Below, piece by piece: positions 52,291-53,553 of a stretch of 53,553 nt of DNA. Both the position numbers and the translations under genes were made by a program. The DNA lies in contig CAZRXO010000001.1 in NCBI GenBank assembly GCA_964604105.1, positions 1-53,553 on the forward strand, given 5' to 3'. Under the pieces are notes generated by a model. It had not been told where the DNA came from. It did no database searches and saw only the letters and a program-made list of their open reading frames with translations. This stretch comes from Candidatus Woesearchaeota archaeon (lineage in GTDB: Archaea; Nanobdellota; Nanobdellia; Pacearchaeales; GW2011-AR1). Every line of letters starts with the position of its first letter. Positions within the stretch are counted from its first letter, which is position 1.

Positions 52291-53415
52291 ATGACAAAAC
52301 AAAACTCTTTGGAAATACACAAAAAATTAAAAGGAAAATTAGAAATAAAAAGCAAGTTCCCACTTAAAACAAAACAAGACCTTTCACTAGCGTACACTCC
52401 AGGAGTTGCCGAAGTTTCTTTAGAAATTCATAAAGACAAATCCAAGGTTTATGATTATACAATTAAATCAAACAGCGTTGCTGTAATCTCTGATGGTTCA
52501 GCGGTTTTGGGTTTAGGAAACATCGGTGCAGAAGCATCTTTGCCTGTAATGGAGGGAAAAGCAATTTTATTCAAGGAGTTCGCAAACATTGATGCATTTC
52601 CAATCTGCCTAAAATATCAAGACACACAAAAGACAATAGAAACAATAAAAAACATCGCACCTGTTTTTGGCGGAATAAATCTCGAGGATTTCAAGGCACC
52701 AGAATGTTTTGAAATCGAACAAGCTCTGCAAGACATTGGAATCCCTGTAATGCACGACGACCAACACGGAACAGCAGTTGTCGTTTTAGCAGGATTAATC
52801 AATGCATTAAAATTAGCAAAAATAGAAAAACCAAAAATAATAATTAACGGAGCAGGTGCAGCAGGAACTGCAATAACAAAAATCCTCCACAAATATGGTT
52901 TTGAAAATATAATTGTAGTTGACAGCAAGGGAATAATTCATAAAAAAAGAGAAAATTTAACTCAAGAAAAAAAACAACTCTCTGAAATTACACAAGGCAA
53001 ACAAGGAGATCTTACCTCAGCACTAAAAAATGCAGATGTATTCATAGGAGTAAGCAAACCAGATATTTTAACCCCTGAACTAATAAAATCAATGAACAAC
53101 AAACCAATTATCTTCGCACTTGCAAACCCCACACCAGAAATAATGCCAGACATTGCAAAAAAAGCAGGAGCATTTATCGTCGCTACAGGAAGGTCAGATT
53201 TCCCAAATCAGATAAATAATGTCTTAGCATTTCCAGGAATTTTCCGAGGAGCATTAGATTCTGGAGCAAAACAAATCACAGACAAAATGAAACTTGCAAC
53301 TGCAAAAGCACTTGCAAACTTAATAGAAAACCCGGAAATTGAAAAAATTCTTCCAGACCCATTTGACCAGAGAGTTGTTTTAGCAATCTCAGAAGCTGTC
53401 AAGAAAAATAAATAA
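52291..53415 (+). CDS. NAD(P)-dependent malic enzyme (short prokaryotic type)
   Basis: LSLAYTPGVAEV, VISDGSAVLGLGNIG, FGGINLEDF, HDDQHGTAVV, INGAGAAG. Confidence 0.9.
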   Translation: MTKQNSLEIHKKLKGKLEIKSKFPLKTKQDLSLAYTPGVAEVSLEIHKDKSKVYDYTIKSNSVAVISDGSAVLGLGNIGAEASLPVMEGKAILFKEFANIDAFPICLKYQDTQKTIETIKNIAPVFGGINLEDFKAPECFEIEQALQDIGIPVMHDDQHGTAVVVLAGLINALKLAKIEKPKIIINGAGAAGTAITKILHKYGFENIIVVDSKGIIHKKRENLTQEKKQLSEITQGKQGDLTSALKNADVFIGVSKPDILTPELIKSMNNKPIIFALANPTPEIMPDIAKKAGAFIVATGRSDFPNQINNVLAFPGIFRGALDSGAKQITDKMKLATAKALANLIENPEIEKILPDPFDQRVVLAISEAVKKNK

Positions 53416-53439
53416 TCTAAAAAATAAACAATATACAAA

Positions 53440-53508
53440 CCGACCCCTGTTTTTCAGCCGTAGGCTATTCTATTAATTACTTTATTAATATCGAGCCAAA
53501 GCAGGCTG
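53440..53508 (+). repeat. Degenerate third copy of the intergenic module
   Basis: CCGACCCCTG-tttt-TCAGCC-GTA-GGCTa-TTCTATTAATTAC...CGAGCCAAAGCAGGCT has the same block order as 21934-22006. Confidence 0.35.
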
Positions 53509-53553
53509 TCCCACATTCCAAAGAATTATTAACTAAAATAAAACTAAAATTCA

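Noticed and set aside
1-53553. CRISPR arrays or cas genes
   Set aside because: No run of regularly spaced identical repeats of 24-40 nt was seen. The repeats present are single hairpins or pairs.

Overview
AT-rich, very tightly packed archaeal chromosome fragment. Many genes are separated by 1 nt or overlap by 4 nt. Assigning it to a DPANN-like, reduced-genome archaeon is my inference from gene content. No CRISPR array, integrase or transposase was seen.

Layout:
- The window opens inside a 16S rRNA gene (minus strand, 5' ~310 nt).
- 0.8-3.1 kb: two toxin-antitoxin pairs and a stand-alone LigD-type 3'-phosphoesterase.
- 3.2-12.3 kb: a long minus-strand informational block, rps2-eno-orphan-rpoK-rrp42-rrp41-rrp4-SBDS-(hyp/HEPN/MNT/TM)-psmA-pop5.
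- 12.3-22 kb: B12/radical-SAM enzyme, TrmB regulator, RNase J, acylphosphatase, short UvrA-like ATPase, an APH-fold kinase paralogue, RNase HI, class II LysRS.
- 22-29 kb: envelope locus with a MacB-type ABC transporter, several secreted proteins and wHTH regulators.
- 29-34.8 kb: PD-(D/E)XK nuclease, ComEA-like protein, ScpA.
- 35.3-37.9 kb: S27ae-S24e-Spt4-(two unknown paralogues)-Rpo7-PIN operon.
- 38-50 kb: two translationally coupled arrays of small enzymes (methyltransferase, PIN, EEP, GNATs, APH-like kinases, M15 peptidase, NifS, PHP, CYTH, IscU). They flank a repeat-HTH nuclease and an intron-containing tRNA-Trp.

Most interesting non-obvious signals:
1. An almost invariant 21-nt TATA-to-ATG spacing, implying leaderless mRNAs. 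It lets several start codons be re-called.
2. Dispersed conserved intergenic modules: an AGCGAGCA box, CTGACGAAGTC hairpins, and a perfect 21-nt repeat.
3. A duplicated palindrome-plus-TATA unit linking two transcription units in the ABC/envelope locus.
4. Two paralogous small proteins ending in a diglycine-containing tail (F-[LF]-G-G plus 2 residues), inserted between rpo7 and spt4.
5. A five-gene kinase/CYTH/PHP/GNAT insertion splitting nifS from iscU.
6. Two homopolymer-associated frameshifted genes.
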